Source of the DNA: Iphione sp. A-MEVVRFRX5
Lineage: Eukaryota
Reading direction: 5' to 3'
Assembly: GCA_976226885.1 (NCBI GenBank)
Contig: OZ320313.1
Location: 70,866,001 to 70,930,000, forward strand
Length of the DNA stretch: 64,000 bases
Shown: piece by piece, positions 38,501-49,920 of the stretch
How positions within the stretch are numbered: position 1 is the stretch's first letter
Layout: each line of letters starts with the position of its first letter
The notes under the pieces: generated by a model
Seen by the model: the letters and a program-made list of their open reading frames with translations, nothing else
Told to the model about the DNA's origin: nothing
Database searches by the model: none
Position numbers and translations under genes: made by a program

Positions 38501-41459
38501 ACCAAGAGCTAACATGTCATGCAATTAGCCGTATATCACTCGGTATTATATATTCCAGAATATTTTGGTATTAACAATCCTACTGCACAAATGCATGCTA
38601 AAATGTTATACAGTTCACTTTTTGTTCTTCGTGTTATTTTTAATTTCAATGTGTAATGGACGAACGCTCACTGCAGTCACTCTGGGGATAGGGTCGTAAA
38701 GTCAACAGAGACGACTACAACCTTCACTTTTACTTTATGGGGTACCGTGGAATTCACTTCATTGTTCACTTTTACAATCTTCGTAAAAGTGTCTACCGAT
38801 ATGGAAGTAGACATGTCCTCAAACTGCACTTAAGGCGAGTACCGATAATGTACAACAGCAGGACAATACCTACTGGAACAAGTCTATTGACCCCAGGATT
38901 CAGTCAATGCACATAGTTGCTATCCACCAGTTGAGATCAATTACATTGGTGCAGACGTTGTGATTAATCGATCGTACATAAGCCTTAGCACTCAGAACCC
39001 CGCCCGTTGTATTTAATATATGTCAACAGTCAGTCGACGGCAATATATCAGACCTGAGGAGGAAGTCGCCCCAAGGAACCAGAACAAGAGAACCAATCGA
39101 TGGGTCAAACAAACCAAACCAAACGCGGCAAAAATTGTTCATGTGTTTCTGTCGGAACATATCAAATGTCCGTGCTGCAAGGTGGCAGGAAGAAACCTGC
39201 CTGTGGTCGCTCCCGCCTGCTGCGCCGAGCTTGGAAACGGACGGCTGTCGATCCAGGCTTGCCTTGGTCCGTAGCGCCTGCAAGGCAGACAACAGGCCCC
39301 AATTTCGCAGACCGGCTGCCGTCTCTAACAGTGGGCGCCACTATTCTGCCCTCCTTTTGGGCGGTCTACATTTGTATGCGCGCGCAGCCGCGTGTCATTT
39401 CCGCCACTAATGTCGCTATTCTTCTACTGTCTACTCCGCTTGACCAAGCGCTGGGATTGCTCGGTGACGGTTGATGCCATAGAGGGAAGGGCTTGGGGTT
39501 GGGGACCGTTTGCTGTCGTGGAGTGAGGCGTAAGGGGGTCGGGGTGGGGGTGGGGTTCAGATGGATGCTGAAGGTCCCGGGTAAACAGTGGACGTCTTAG
39601 ATCCTTTGGCCACATATTGGACGACACTACTTTTTCACCATCTTCCAGCAAGGTCAATGACAGCTCATACCCGGGTTTTATCCCTGGCTGATTTCGTCTC
39701 CAAAGCAAAGCCTTCTCTGTACACTGCTTTCCGCTAGATACCGCCTCAACAAGACTAGGTAGAAAGAATGTTTGTGACCTGTTTCAAACCGCGTTCCTAC
39801 CTCCAGATTATAAGCAACGTTACTGTAGATGCGAGGAGCGACTTTCAAAACAGAACCGCGATCCAGGATGCCATGCAGTTTCTTGTTAGACACGTCAACT
39901 CAGTGGTGAAAGTTATCCCTGCCTTTTGTTGCCGTTTTATGCATATTTCAGCAGACTTCCCAAACAAGTCTCCGATTCACTAAACAAATTTTGGACTTAA
40001 GGTTTCTAGGGAACAAGTACAACAGAACTTCATTAACTTAATTAAAAATCAACTGTTGTGATTACATGTCGTATGACAATGAGACTGGACGGATAAATTT
40101 AGTTGGGGAATATTGTAGGGAAAGGACCAACTTACAGTGACGAATCCAAAATCTAGAGACAGACAGGGGAAAGCATTTGGAAAGTCTATGCAGTAAAACG
40201 CAGGAATATAGGAAAGGGGCTATCAAAGGGGGAAGAATGTGTCCCAGGTCAGGCCTATGTAAAGTATTCAATGAAACCTTGTGAGACACAAATGAGAAAT
40301 CTAAGGAATAAATGGACCTATGTGTGAACGGATATACGTCATACGGGGCATACAGAGCAAAGATCAAAAACACAGAGGAGGATAAATAATAACCCACAGG
40401 CGAAATAGTAGGATCCTGGGCAAATAAAAGAAAACATAGGGAACGAGGGGATCATTCCGAGGATAAAAAAAAATGTATTCCTTGAATGAGTTCTTGAGTT
40501 TCGTTTTGTAGAATGGGGGGGGGGGGTATCAGTAGATGATTATGTTGGGCGGACCAAATTTAACCTGCTTTGATCATGTCTGTGCATTGCATGATTTAGA
40601 GCACATTTGCAGATGAGGGTCCTGATTGGCAAACATACCGAAGGGGTTTCATTCTATTTCCAAAATAATAAAGACGATCCATATTCAAACGGACCGACCA
40701 GCATACAGATGTGAGGACTTACTCCTGATATGAACTCCAATTAATTAAGACATGATAGATAATCATACGATTAACCGTATGATTTACATTTAAGGAGATT
40801 ACGCCCGGGGGATCACCAACCGGATTGGATAAAGTGGCGGCTGGGGATGAATTGGATTGCGGTCGATCCTGCTCTATTCTGCGATTGAGTTCAATCCTGA
40901 TCAGACCACGTGCACGCTCCCTTATGGAACAGTATTGTGATTTACGTAATATCTAAAAAAAAACACTTACTCCTACTGCAGAGCGTTAAAACGATTTGTA
41001 GTTAAAGTTAACTTGGATCATATGATTCATCATTTGAATAAACTCGTTTGATAACCTAGAACGTCGTAGGTGAAACTATGTAAACGGTACAATACTGGTT
41101 TGTAGCGGACGTATTTTAGATGACCAACACTGGACCGCTGCCCTGCCTTGGTGCAACCCGTGTAGGGCGAACTCTGCCATACAATGATAGTTACAAACCG
41201 TCTGATAGTTATAATGACCACCGTCTGCCGAGTAGGCAATTAACTACAAAGCTAGACAACGATAGTAGACAGCAATCTTCATTATGCAAGGCTGAAACAA
41301 TGTCTGCTTCAGACGAGGAAAAAAGTACAAGCAGGTACTAAAACAGCTTAAACTAATGACACACGAAGGAGCTATCATTATCACGATGATTTAGCTCCGA
41401 CTTGGTAATATAGCGTCCACTTCCAGTAACGATCCTCATATGTCTGTTAATACGCTGCT

Positions 41460-44290
41460 CAATATCAACCGCGGTTCTTATCTTTATTTCCTTCACTCCG
41501 CCACCAATGCGGCCCAGCTGTATCAGTCTTCCAGTCACCAATATTATAGATGTCGTAGTTGTAACTGAAACGTGGCTGGGTGAATCTATTCCAACGTCAA
41601 TAATAGAGACGAGGGCGTACAATGTATATAGACAGGACCGATGCCCGTCAGCAACTGGATAGGAGGACAACTGGTAGTATATGTTAGGGAAGGATATTCT
41701 GTTGAGGTACATGAATATATTTGTCCTCAGTAGATGAAGATGGTCATCTGCAGGTAAAACCAGGAAATTACTGTTATTTATAGGAGACCGGGGGCTAATT
41801 TGGATAGATTTCTTGAACGATTGAGGAGGGTGTTGATGGATCTAACAAGCATTGACAGAAGAACCATCACAGTTTTGGGTGATATGAATGTAGATTGGAT
41901 GAAAGGTAGTGTGGCAAGGAATAAATATCAGAGTCTTGAGAATCGATTTTTGTTAGCACAAATTATATCAACATATAGATCAGATTCTTGTTCAGATCCA
42001 TTTACAGTAATAGTCAGTACATATTGCAGAAGGGAATTTGGGGTGAATCATCAACTGACAACTTGCCAGTATTTATGATCGTGAAAAGGAAAAAGGAAAA
42101 CACGCAGATGGCACTTGAAAGACTCAGGTATTATAGAAATAATTCGTTTACTGACTACAGTAATCAATTAATCAAGAGAGTTGGGATTTGCCAGATGGGT
42201 GTAATGTGGACCAGGCATGGAAGATCTTATTAAAGAATGGTGTGAAAGCTGTAAATAGATTAGCTCCTTACAGAGAAATGATGGTAGGGCAGATAAAACC
42301 GTTTTGGCTAACAGGAACAGTAATAAGGCTGAAGAGAGAAAGGGGCTATTTCTTTCGTAAATTTATGGGAAGTCAGGATGAGGATTACAGGCATATGTAT
42401 GGCTTTTGTAATAACATGGTGAACAGACAAATAAAAAGAAATACAAAGGATCAAATTAAAGATAGAGTTGCTGGGGCAGTTGGTGAACCAAGGAGATTAT
42501 GTGTTAGAAAAGCATGAGGGAGAAGTAAAAGCGGAAGAGCAGAGTGCAGAACTGTTGAATGACTTTTTTTATCATCAGTGCAAGGATAAGCAGATGATCG
42601 TCATGGAGTTGTGGTGCCTGAAAGGAAGCATGTGGATGAATGTATCATACAGTTTGAAGAAGTCGGTCATGATGGCATTTTGAGGCTTGCCAGGAAGCTT
42701 AAAGTATCTAAACCGAGTTGGCTACCTGAAATTAATATGAGGGTTCTGAAAGATTTGCTCCAGATTAAATTACATTTGTTTTCATGGATAATGAATATAC
42801 GATTGAGGACAGGGATCTTTGCTGAAACGTGGAAGCAGGCTACCATAGTACCACTGGATAAGAAGAATAGTAGGATAGAGATTAAGAACTTTCGTCCAGT
42901 CTCACTCCCATTTGTACCAGGGAAGTTACTGGAGCAACCGGTGTTTGAACAGGTATCAGGGTGTGTGGAGGAGAAGGGTATTTTGATAGATTATCAATAT
43001 GGGTTCAGGGCTGAGAGAGGCTGTTCAACTGCCTGTGCAGACTTACTGGAGTGTATCCTAGAAGACTGCAATAAGTCGAAATACTCTGCTGCAGTCTTCC
43101 TGGGCTTAACTTGGTGTCTCACGAGATAGTATTAGCTAAGTTATGGAATCATGGGTTTCAGGGGACAGTCATTAAGTGGTTTGGGAATTATTTGGCACAG
43201 AGAGAGCGAAGGGTCAGTTGTAATGGGTATGTCTCAGCCTATAGGGATTTGTAGATTGGGGTATCATAGTGGTCCATTTTGGGCCCTTGGCTCTTTTCAA
43301 TGTTGATAAATGATGTGCAGGGAGTTACATTTCCCTGCCATCTGGTTGTCTACACAAAAAACATTACTATATACATGTATCTGCCTGGGGAGGGAGTGCA
43401 TGGCCCTTGAATTAAAAGTTGCAACATACACTAAGACAAATAGCTGTGTAGTGTTTAGATAATGGGATGGTGTTAGATTTGGAGTCTATTTGCGACCACA
43501 TCAATATGCTAACATTCTCTATCATTTTGAGACCACCTGAGATGGGTACCAAAATACTGATTTCTATACATTTGATACCCCAATTTCGACCAAATTTGCC
43601 AATCCGACCATGTGAGCTTGTTACGGCGGATGAAATCACTTTGGGAAGGGTAGGGCATTCAACTTTTATCATCGATGAAAAATCAAATTTTAGAAATATG
43701 GTGGAACAGATAATAAAATACATTAGGACAAAACGTTACTTTTTGGTAAGGGCAAGGTGGGGTTTGGAGTGTCTGAGGTGCTCCTAAGAAAACTGGAGAG
43801 TGTTTTTTTATGACTCTTTGAAGCAATGCATTTTGGTGGGATATCCATCAAGATTAATGGCTAAGATATGGATGAGAGAAAAGGGGATGACAGATGTGAA
43901 TGAGAGGACACGATATCATCTAAACTTGTTAATATACGATTTCTTCAGGAATGTGCCTACAACTGGGACTCGTGCTTCAGCAAGAGAAGAGCCGAGGGTA
44001 GAGGAGCCCACCTGTGGGACTTATCATAAGGGCTTTTTGCATAGGGGAGTTAGAAGTTGGAATAGTCTACCTATAGTCACGAGAATAATGAAGAAAGTTC
44101 AATTTAAAAGGTTAATGCACGCTTGGTGCAAAGATGCCGAGTGATTGTTGAGAATGGGCAGAGACTTAAAGTGACTTGGAAGTGACGTTGGGGTGGAAAT
44201 TAATTTTTTTATTTTCTCTTTTTCATTGTTAAATGGAGCGCCAATTGAAAAAAATATTTTGTATGAAATGATAAACCAGTTGAATTGAAT
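41460..44290 (+). mobile_element. Decayed CR1/L2-group LINE (APE endonuclease + RT), with many frameshifts and stops
   Basis: Fragments in order: IDVVVVTETWLGE, YRQDR, VLGDMNVDW (endonuclease); TGIFAETWKQATIVPL.K...NFRPVSL, QYGFR, AAVFLGL (RT); CLDNGMVL, IIDEKSNF (RT C-terminus); RGVRSWNSLP. Ends in a ttgaattgaat-like tail. Boundaries are approximate. Confidence 0.85.
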
Positions 44291-45571
44291 ATTCCTAGCT
44301 ACATTCACATTAACTAGGATTTCACTGACTTCACGTATTTACCCTTCCAGAAGTCTGAGTAGATCTCTCCCTACCAAAAGAACTACCCTAAATGAAGAGC
44401 ATTGTATCAAAACTCTTACAACCCATGACATCCTCTTGGTATGCACTCAATTCCAAAATAATCTCGACGTTATTATGGAAGATATTAACCAGAATCCTTC
44501 ACACACTGTTTAGACCTTTCTCTCTGTACTACAAGTGGAAAGTTGGAGCTTCAAAACTGCTAGCATATCTCTCATGTTGCATGCTGGATACTGACTTCAT
44601 TTGAATAAAAATCATGAAAATTTTTAGAAAATGATGGCAAAACAATTCTCCCCAGTGCTTTCCACCATGACGCATCAGCATCGTGTGCCATCAGAATAAG
44701 ACCACAAAATATCGAAGTAACCTCCTTCTAAAGGTAGATACAAAAAATGAATACAGGCTAGCAATACTCAGTGAGAACGTGTGAACATTCAGTCAGGAAT
44801 TGACCCTTTCTAACAAAGTAGGACTACATAATGGATATATCTCTGCACAAGTAATTTTTATCAATATTCAATTAGTCCAGTATCTTGGGATAAGCACTAT
44901 CTGTTCCATGTATTTGTCATGTTAGTTATGATCCTCGATGGTCAGTGATACCATCTAGCTCATACTGGTCTTGCTGGACAACGCTGGTTATATTCTGGCT
45001 GTACAAACTCGGCCAGGTTTAGACAGTAATCTTTCTCGCCACCAAATCGGAACTTCAAATGTACAAAAGAAGCCATTCAAACGAATGCACTAAGATAAGT
45101 CCGTTGTACAACTGAGTTTAGAAAAAAAAAATGGCCTAGTCCACAGGAATGTCCGTGATTCACCGTCATACATGAAGAGTTTCAATACTGAGAGAGTCTT
45201 TCTCGATATGAATGCTGACAGAAGTTATGCATGCTATGAAAAGGCTCCCAGCCATACGGGAAAGTCCAAAAAGGAAACGCCAGTATCATTTGCATTGTGA
45301 CTGCCCATGTTCACACATAGTGTACAGGCACCCTGAATTTTAGTAATACAGTAGTTTAATAATGCCTTATGATGTCATCACTCTTCAGACTAGCATTTGT
45401 ACTTTTAGACATTAGCGCTGTTCCTAATCCACTTGTCAAATTTCGGCATCTCTGTCTTGTACTCCCATGCAAAAGCTCTGGGCAGGAAGCTATGAACTGG
45501 GGGATTGCCGGAAACTGTGAGCTGATGCATGTTAATAATCACAAATCACTAATGCAAATCTATTCATTATA

Positions 45572-46286
45572 CAGTGAAACATCTGTCTACGGGCATCTGG
45601 CCACTGTGGACAACCCTTACTGCGGACGCATTCAGTCCGGTCCCAAACAAAAATCCCTCTATATCATGTTTAATGCCTCCTGACAACGCTGGACACTCAG
45701 TTACAATGGACACCCACCTGTGGATACCCATATTACAGTCTTAAACACTGACTTTACAGACAATACTTTTACCAACACCTGGAGGAAGGTGTGAGGGAGG
45801 GGCTGGTGGTGACGAGAGGATTGTCTCAGAGCAACCAACACCCTGAAGAAGGTGTGAGGGACAGTCCCGGAGGGGTCAGGGGCTATGAGGGAGGGGCTGG
45901 TCGTGGGGAGAGGACTGTTGTGCACACTGCTGACCATATATATATATATATATATATATTCAGAGCTACCAACACCTGAGGAAGGTGTGAGGAGGTGGCC
46001 GGTGGTGATGGGAAGACTGTTAGAGACACTGCCGACCATATATACTCAGAGGTAACAACACTGGAGGAAGATATGAGGAAGGGGCTGGTGGTGATGGGAG
46101 GACTGTCGGAGAGAGAGGGAGAAGGGGATATTATTAATAGCTTTAACCCCACTACTGTCTAGGTGATACAATGTCTATACTTTGGTGAGACAGAGGGAGA
46201 AGGGGTAGCTCAGCTACAGCGACACCCCCTAGTATGGACGCTTTGATGCCCGTCCCACTGATGTTCGCTGTAGGGAGGTTTTACTG
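45572..46286. mobile_element. TA-flanked MITE apparently expanded or interrupted by a minisatellite
   Basis: TA|CAGTGAAACATCTG ... GGGAGGTTTTACTG|TA, with related TIRs and TA flanks. Confidence 0.5.
45772..46130. repeat. Degenerate G-rich minisatellite with embedded (TA)n
   Basis: ccaacacctggaggaaggtgtgagg-like units recur at about 45772, 45836, 45969 and 46056. Confidence 0.75.
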
Positions 46287-47639
46287 TATGTACATTTTGT
46301 ACATCATATACATAACGTTATCCATGCCAACTAATTTAGCATTACAGATATGTGTGAGTAGACGAATACTTGGGTGTTAATACTTCAAACACCTTCGGGT
46401 CACCGAGGAAGAGTACAGGACGAAAAACAAAATTAATCCTTTAATATAGCTTCTATGTATTGCAAATGAGGCTTTAAGAAACTTCATAATAGTTCTTTTA
46501 AAAGAGTTTTCTTCCAAAATACATTGAAACGGCGTAGACTATGCGCTATTTGGTTTTAGACAATCACTTGTTCCCTACACCGTTCCTTCAATTTCTCTCT
46601 CACACAAAAAGATGTACAAAACTAGCCCGACTCCTTTTAGCGCTTCTGAATTCTCCTCACAGACGGTTCGCTGTGAATCATCTATATCGTGTCTGGCTGA
46701 CAGCAAGAAGGGAGAGAAAGGGCTCGTGATGCCTGACGTCTTTAAAGCCTAGAAGTTAGAGGAGAATTCGTTTGAGGTTCAATAAACAACTGCTCTACTT
46801 GGGGTCGGCCTCGCTCCAAGGACGTCAAGTAGAAAGGGAAATTCATGAGACGCTGCCATATCGTGCTGATAAAGAACGTATATATGCCTCTGAACTATCC
46901 CTCTCTGCCTAATCGATTTACGGGAACGTCATGCATTAATTCTACTCATCTAAATCTGTATGTCTATAACCTGTCAAATAAAAACATCTATAGGAGGCCC
47001 TACCCAAACTGAATTCACTTAGCGTCCCCTCTTGCCTGAGGATAAACCAGTTCTGTTGTAATGGGCTAAGCATTTATAACCAACGGTGAGTAACTCCAAT
47101 TAATTATGTACGTCAGGAATGTTACAGAGATTTGGGGTTTTTTTTCTTCATCCAGTTTTACAGTTTATCTACACGCTTTTAACGTTTCATATGATGACCT
47201 TCAGGCAGACATCCGATTTCCAAGCAACAGACGCGACACTAAAAAATCTCGTCTGCTCGATATTCCCATGTGCTCTCAGAACATCATGTGTCTATTCCAG
47301 CGTCCTTCATTATTTCTTCTGCCTAGCACGCCATTTGTGTGAGCACTTTATTGTACTGAAAGCCTAAAGCTAACATACATGTACACGCTTTTCGTTCTCT
47401 CAGCGTCCCAAGCCTTGGCGGAGTATTGTTTCAGTGTTTACACATATTTCCCTCAGGACGTTTTGTTGTTAGAATAAAGAAATCGCAGCCCCTGTTGACG
47501 TAACTATATCTTCTGATTTTTTTTCTCTACAGTCACATACTGAAAGTAATATATTAAGCCGACATATACTTTGGGGGGATACATTAGTTGAAGCAGGCTC
47601 ACAGAAATGGAGTGTATAAGAATAACATTAGTACAGGAT

Positions 47640-47695
47640 GCATAAATAAGCATAAAAAGCATAAATAAATAAGCATAAATAAATAAGCATAAAAA
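47640..47695. repeat. (GCATAAATAA)-like low-complexity tandem repeat
   Basis: Directly visible in the sequence. Confidence 0.8.
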
Positions 47696-49104
47696 CAAAT
47701 CGACAGCCACACAAAGAAAGTATGAGATATGTCTTAAAACGCTAATTGGAAATTCAACGAAGACACGGAGGATAGCAGATGAGATCACTAGCTGCCAGAT
47801 CACGTCGACACTTGGCTGGTGACACAATCAGGTCTAAATTGGAGGGCTAGAGACTGCGCGCGGTAGGCAAATGAGGTATCGACTGCAATATTCAGTGGTT
47901 AAAGGCCGAATGGCAAGGCCTTACGGCCATATGTCGAGGCCACAGCAAACCAGGCTGAGATATTGTACACTCACTCTTTTCTTCTAATAAAGCCTCTTAC
48001 TAAATTACAAAAACTAAGCAACCAAATAACTGAAGCCTCTAGAAACTGGGTGGTTTTTTTTGCTGGGCATTGATGAAGCGGAGCAAAGAAATTACGGCAG
48101 AGAATTTACAGTGAAACTCTTTCTGATTGATTTTCCCTTCTGGAAGATCAATAAATACTTCGGGTGGATGTTGTTTTCTCTGCGTGGCGCTGCGCGGCCA
48201 TGTTTACTTCAAATGAAGCTTCAACTTGAGAGGAGAGCCTCATCTGATGTGAAATTACCCTTTGTGGACGCATTCCTGTCCTCAGGTTCAACGTATTCTC
48301 AGATAAATACTACGGTTTCCTTCGGCTTCACACTGAACAAAAGTCACACAAAGCCATCTTCACTGACTCCTCAAGGAGGAAATTGTTTTACATGCACTGT
48401 CAATATTTCACCAGTTTCTTAATTCACTTCATGTGTATTTTGTATATTTCCAATGATGTAACCCGGTTCAATAGTGTTCAGACAGCAAATGTTCTGATCG
48501 AAAAGAAGCAAACGTGTTCCTTCATAATATCAGCTAGACTGTGCTGAAAGGATGTAGATGTGGCAAAAGACAAGTACATGTATATCTGATTCCACAATCA
48601 TTGATTTTCTCCGAAGACTTTAGAAGTCTCGCGATGGAATGAATTACCTTTTCCTCTAAAATTTGAACTTCGTCACTTATTACCATGTACATGTACTGCA
48701 TAAATACCTGCCTAATAGAATTCCCGTGCACCGAACCCTGTTATAGAAGAATATATAGTTCATCTGTAAAGCGTAAAGAGAACCCGTAGTTCGTCAAGGT
48801 GGCCAGGCCACCTTCTGATTCATCCCTTTCAAGGTAGGATAACATCCACTGAACCCTGGAGGTGAGCCCTCTGACGGCTGACTACGTCTGATGGTGACTC
48901 GGGGTGGGTCCTACTGGCACCACTTCAACTGGGGCATATTCATCTCTTTCAACTACCAAATTTTAATCTTTGAAGAGCTGGATTGGATCTTGGAACTATT
49001 TTTTCTCTTAGAGAGTCGTCTGTAGTTAAAACCTCCACGGCGTCTACTTAAAATCGATGGTGTTTTGCTTAGCTTCTATGTTTGCTGGACTGATTCCCTA
49101 ACTA

Positions 49105-49635
49105 CAGTATAACCTCGCTATTCTAACATTCATTAGTTCCGAATGGATATGCCTGCAAGAGCAAGGGTGGTGGAATACTGAGGGAGTTGTATATTCGCAG
49201 CTATGTCTTCACATTGTGCCCCAAACTTGATATTATACATTTTTTATTCAAATCATATGCAAATGTGGGAGCATGGGATAGGTGTAAGCACATCAGATAG
49301 AGACATGGAAGTAATGGGAAAGGGATAAGGGATAAGATAAGATAACATAAATATAGATTTTATTCCATCAATTGTCTCAGTGGGATAGGTGTCAAAGCAT
49401 CAGATAGAGCAGCAAGAGGCTAGGCAGCGGCCGGGGATAGGTGTTAGAACATCAGAGAGGACTGTGAAAGGACGTGGCAATGTGAGGGAGCATGATTTCA
49501 GGCTCATTTTATGTTTGGAACAGTGAGCGAGAGACATATAAGAATATAGGAGAATCTATTCTGTTCTAGGGAATTGTGTCTGGAATAGTGAGGCTAGTGG
49601 AATAGCGAGGGCACTGGAATAGCGAGGTTCTACTG
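49105..49635. mobile_element. pogo/Tigger-type non-autonomous element with 19-bp TIRs
   Basis: Left end CAGTATAACCTCGCTATTC versus reverse complement of right end CAGTAGAACCTCGCTATTC (18/19). TA is present on the left only. Three degenerate internal gggataggtgt..catcaga repeats. Confidence 0.6.
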
Positions 49636-49689
49636 CTTGAATGTAGTATAATAATACAACACAAAGCCTGATATACATGTAATATAATA

Positions 49690-49920
49690 GACAGGAACAA
49701 TTGGGAAGGAGTGGGAGCTCTGCTTATTGCCAGATAAACGTGCTGCATATATACTGAGGTAAATTTCACCTTGGGTAATAGTAGCTGTTGCTGCCAATAA
49801 CCCGAAACCAGTTCGATACCGGAAGCTGCCTTTAGGGAAGTACAGGTAAGTTAAAAGTAGCAAGCTTTCGGGGGTGACTTGCACCCTTCTTCAGGCTAGT
49901 ATGACCAAGGGTAACGAATA
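49690..49920 (-). mobile_element. Probable Penelope-like element pseudo-LTR fragment
   Basis: Inferred only from the hammerhead motif, which is characteristic of PLE pseudo-LTRs. No PLE RT or GIY-YIG coding sequence was seen. Boundaries are guessed. Confidence 0.4.
49858..49897 (-). ncRNA. Minimal type I hammerhead ribozyme motif of the Penelope-like element (PLE) type
   Basis: Minus strand reads TAGC CTGAAGA A GGGTG CAAGT CACCC C GAAA GCT T GCTA. This gives stem I TAGC/GCTA, core CUGANGA and GAAA, stem II GGGUG/CACCC, a palindromic AGCU in place of stem III, and a CUU cleavage triplet. Confidence 0.75.

Noticed and set aside
43490-43630. Apparent insertion within the CR1/L2 element
   Set aside because: LINE-like peptides resume on both sides at roughly the expected spacing; no TIR or TSD evidence.
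47181-47205. Second hammerhead-like string on the minus strand (CTGAAGG...GAAACGTT)
   Set aside because: The core reads CUGAAGG rather than CUGANGA, stem II is poor, and there is no stem I pairing; at best a decayed relic.
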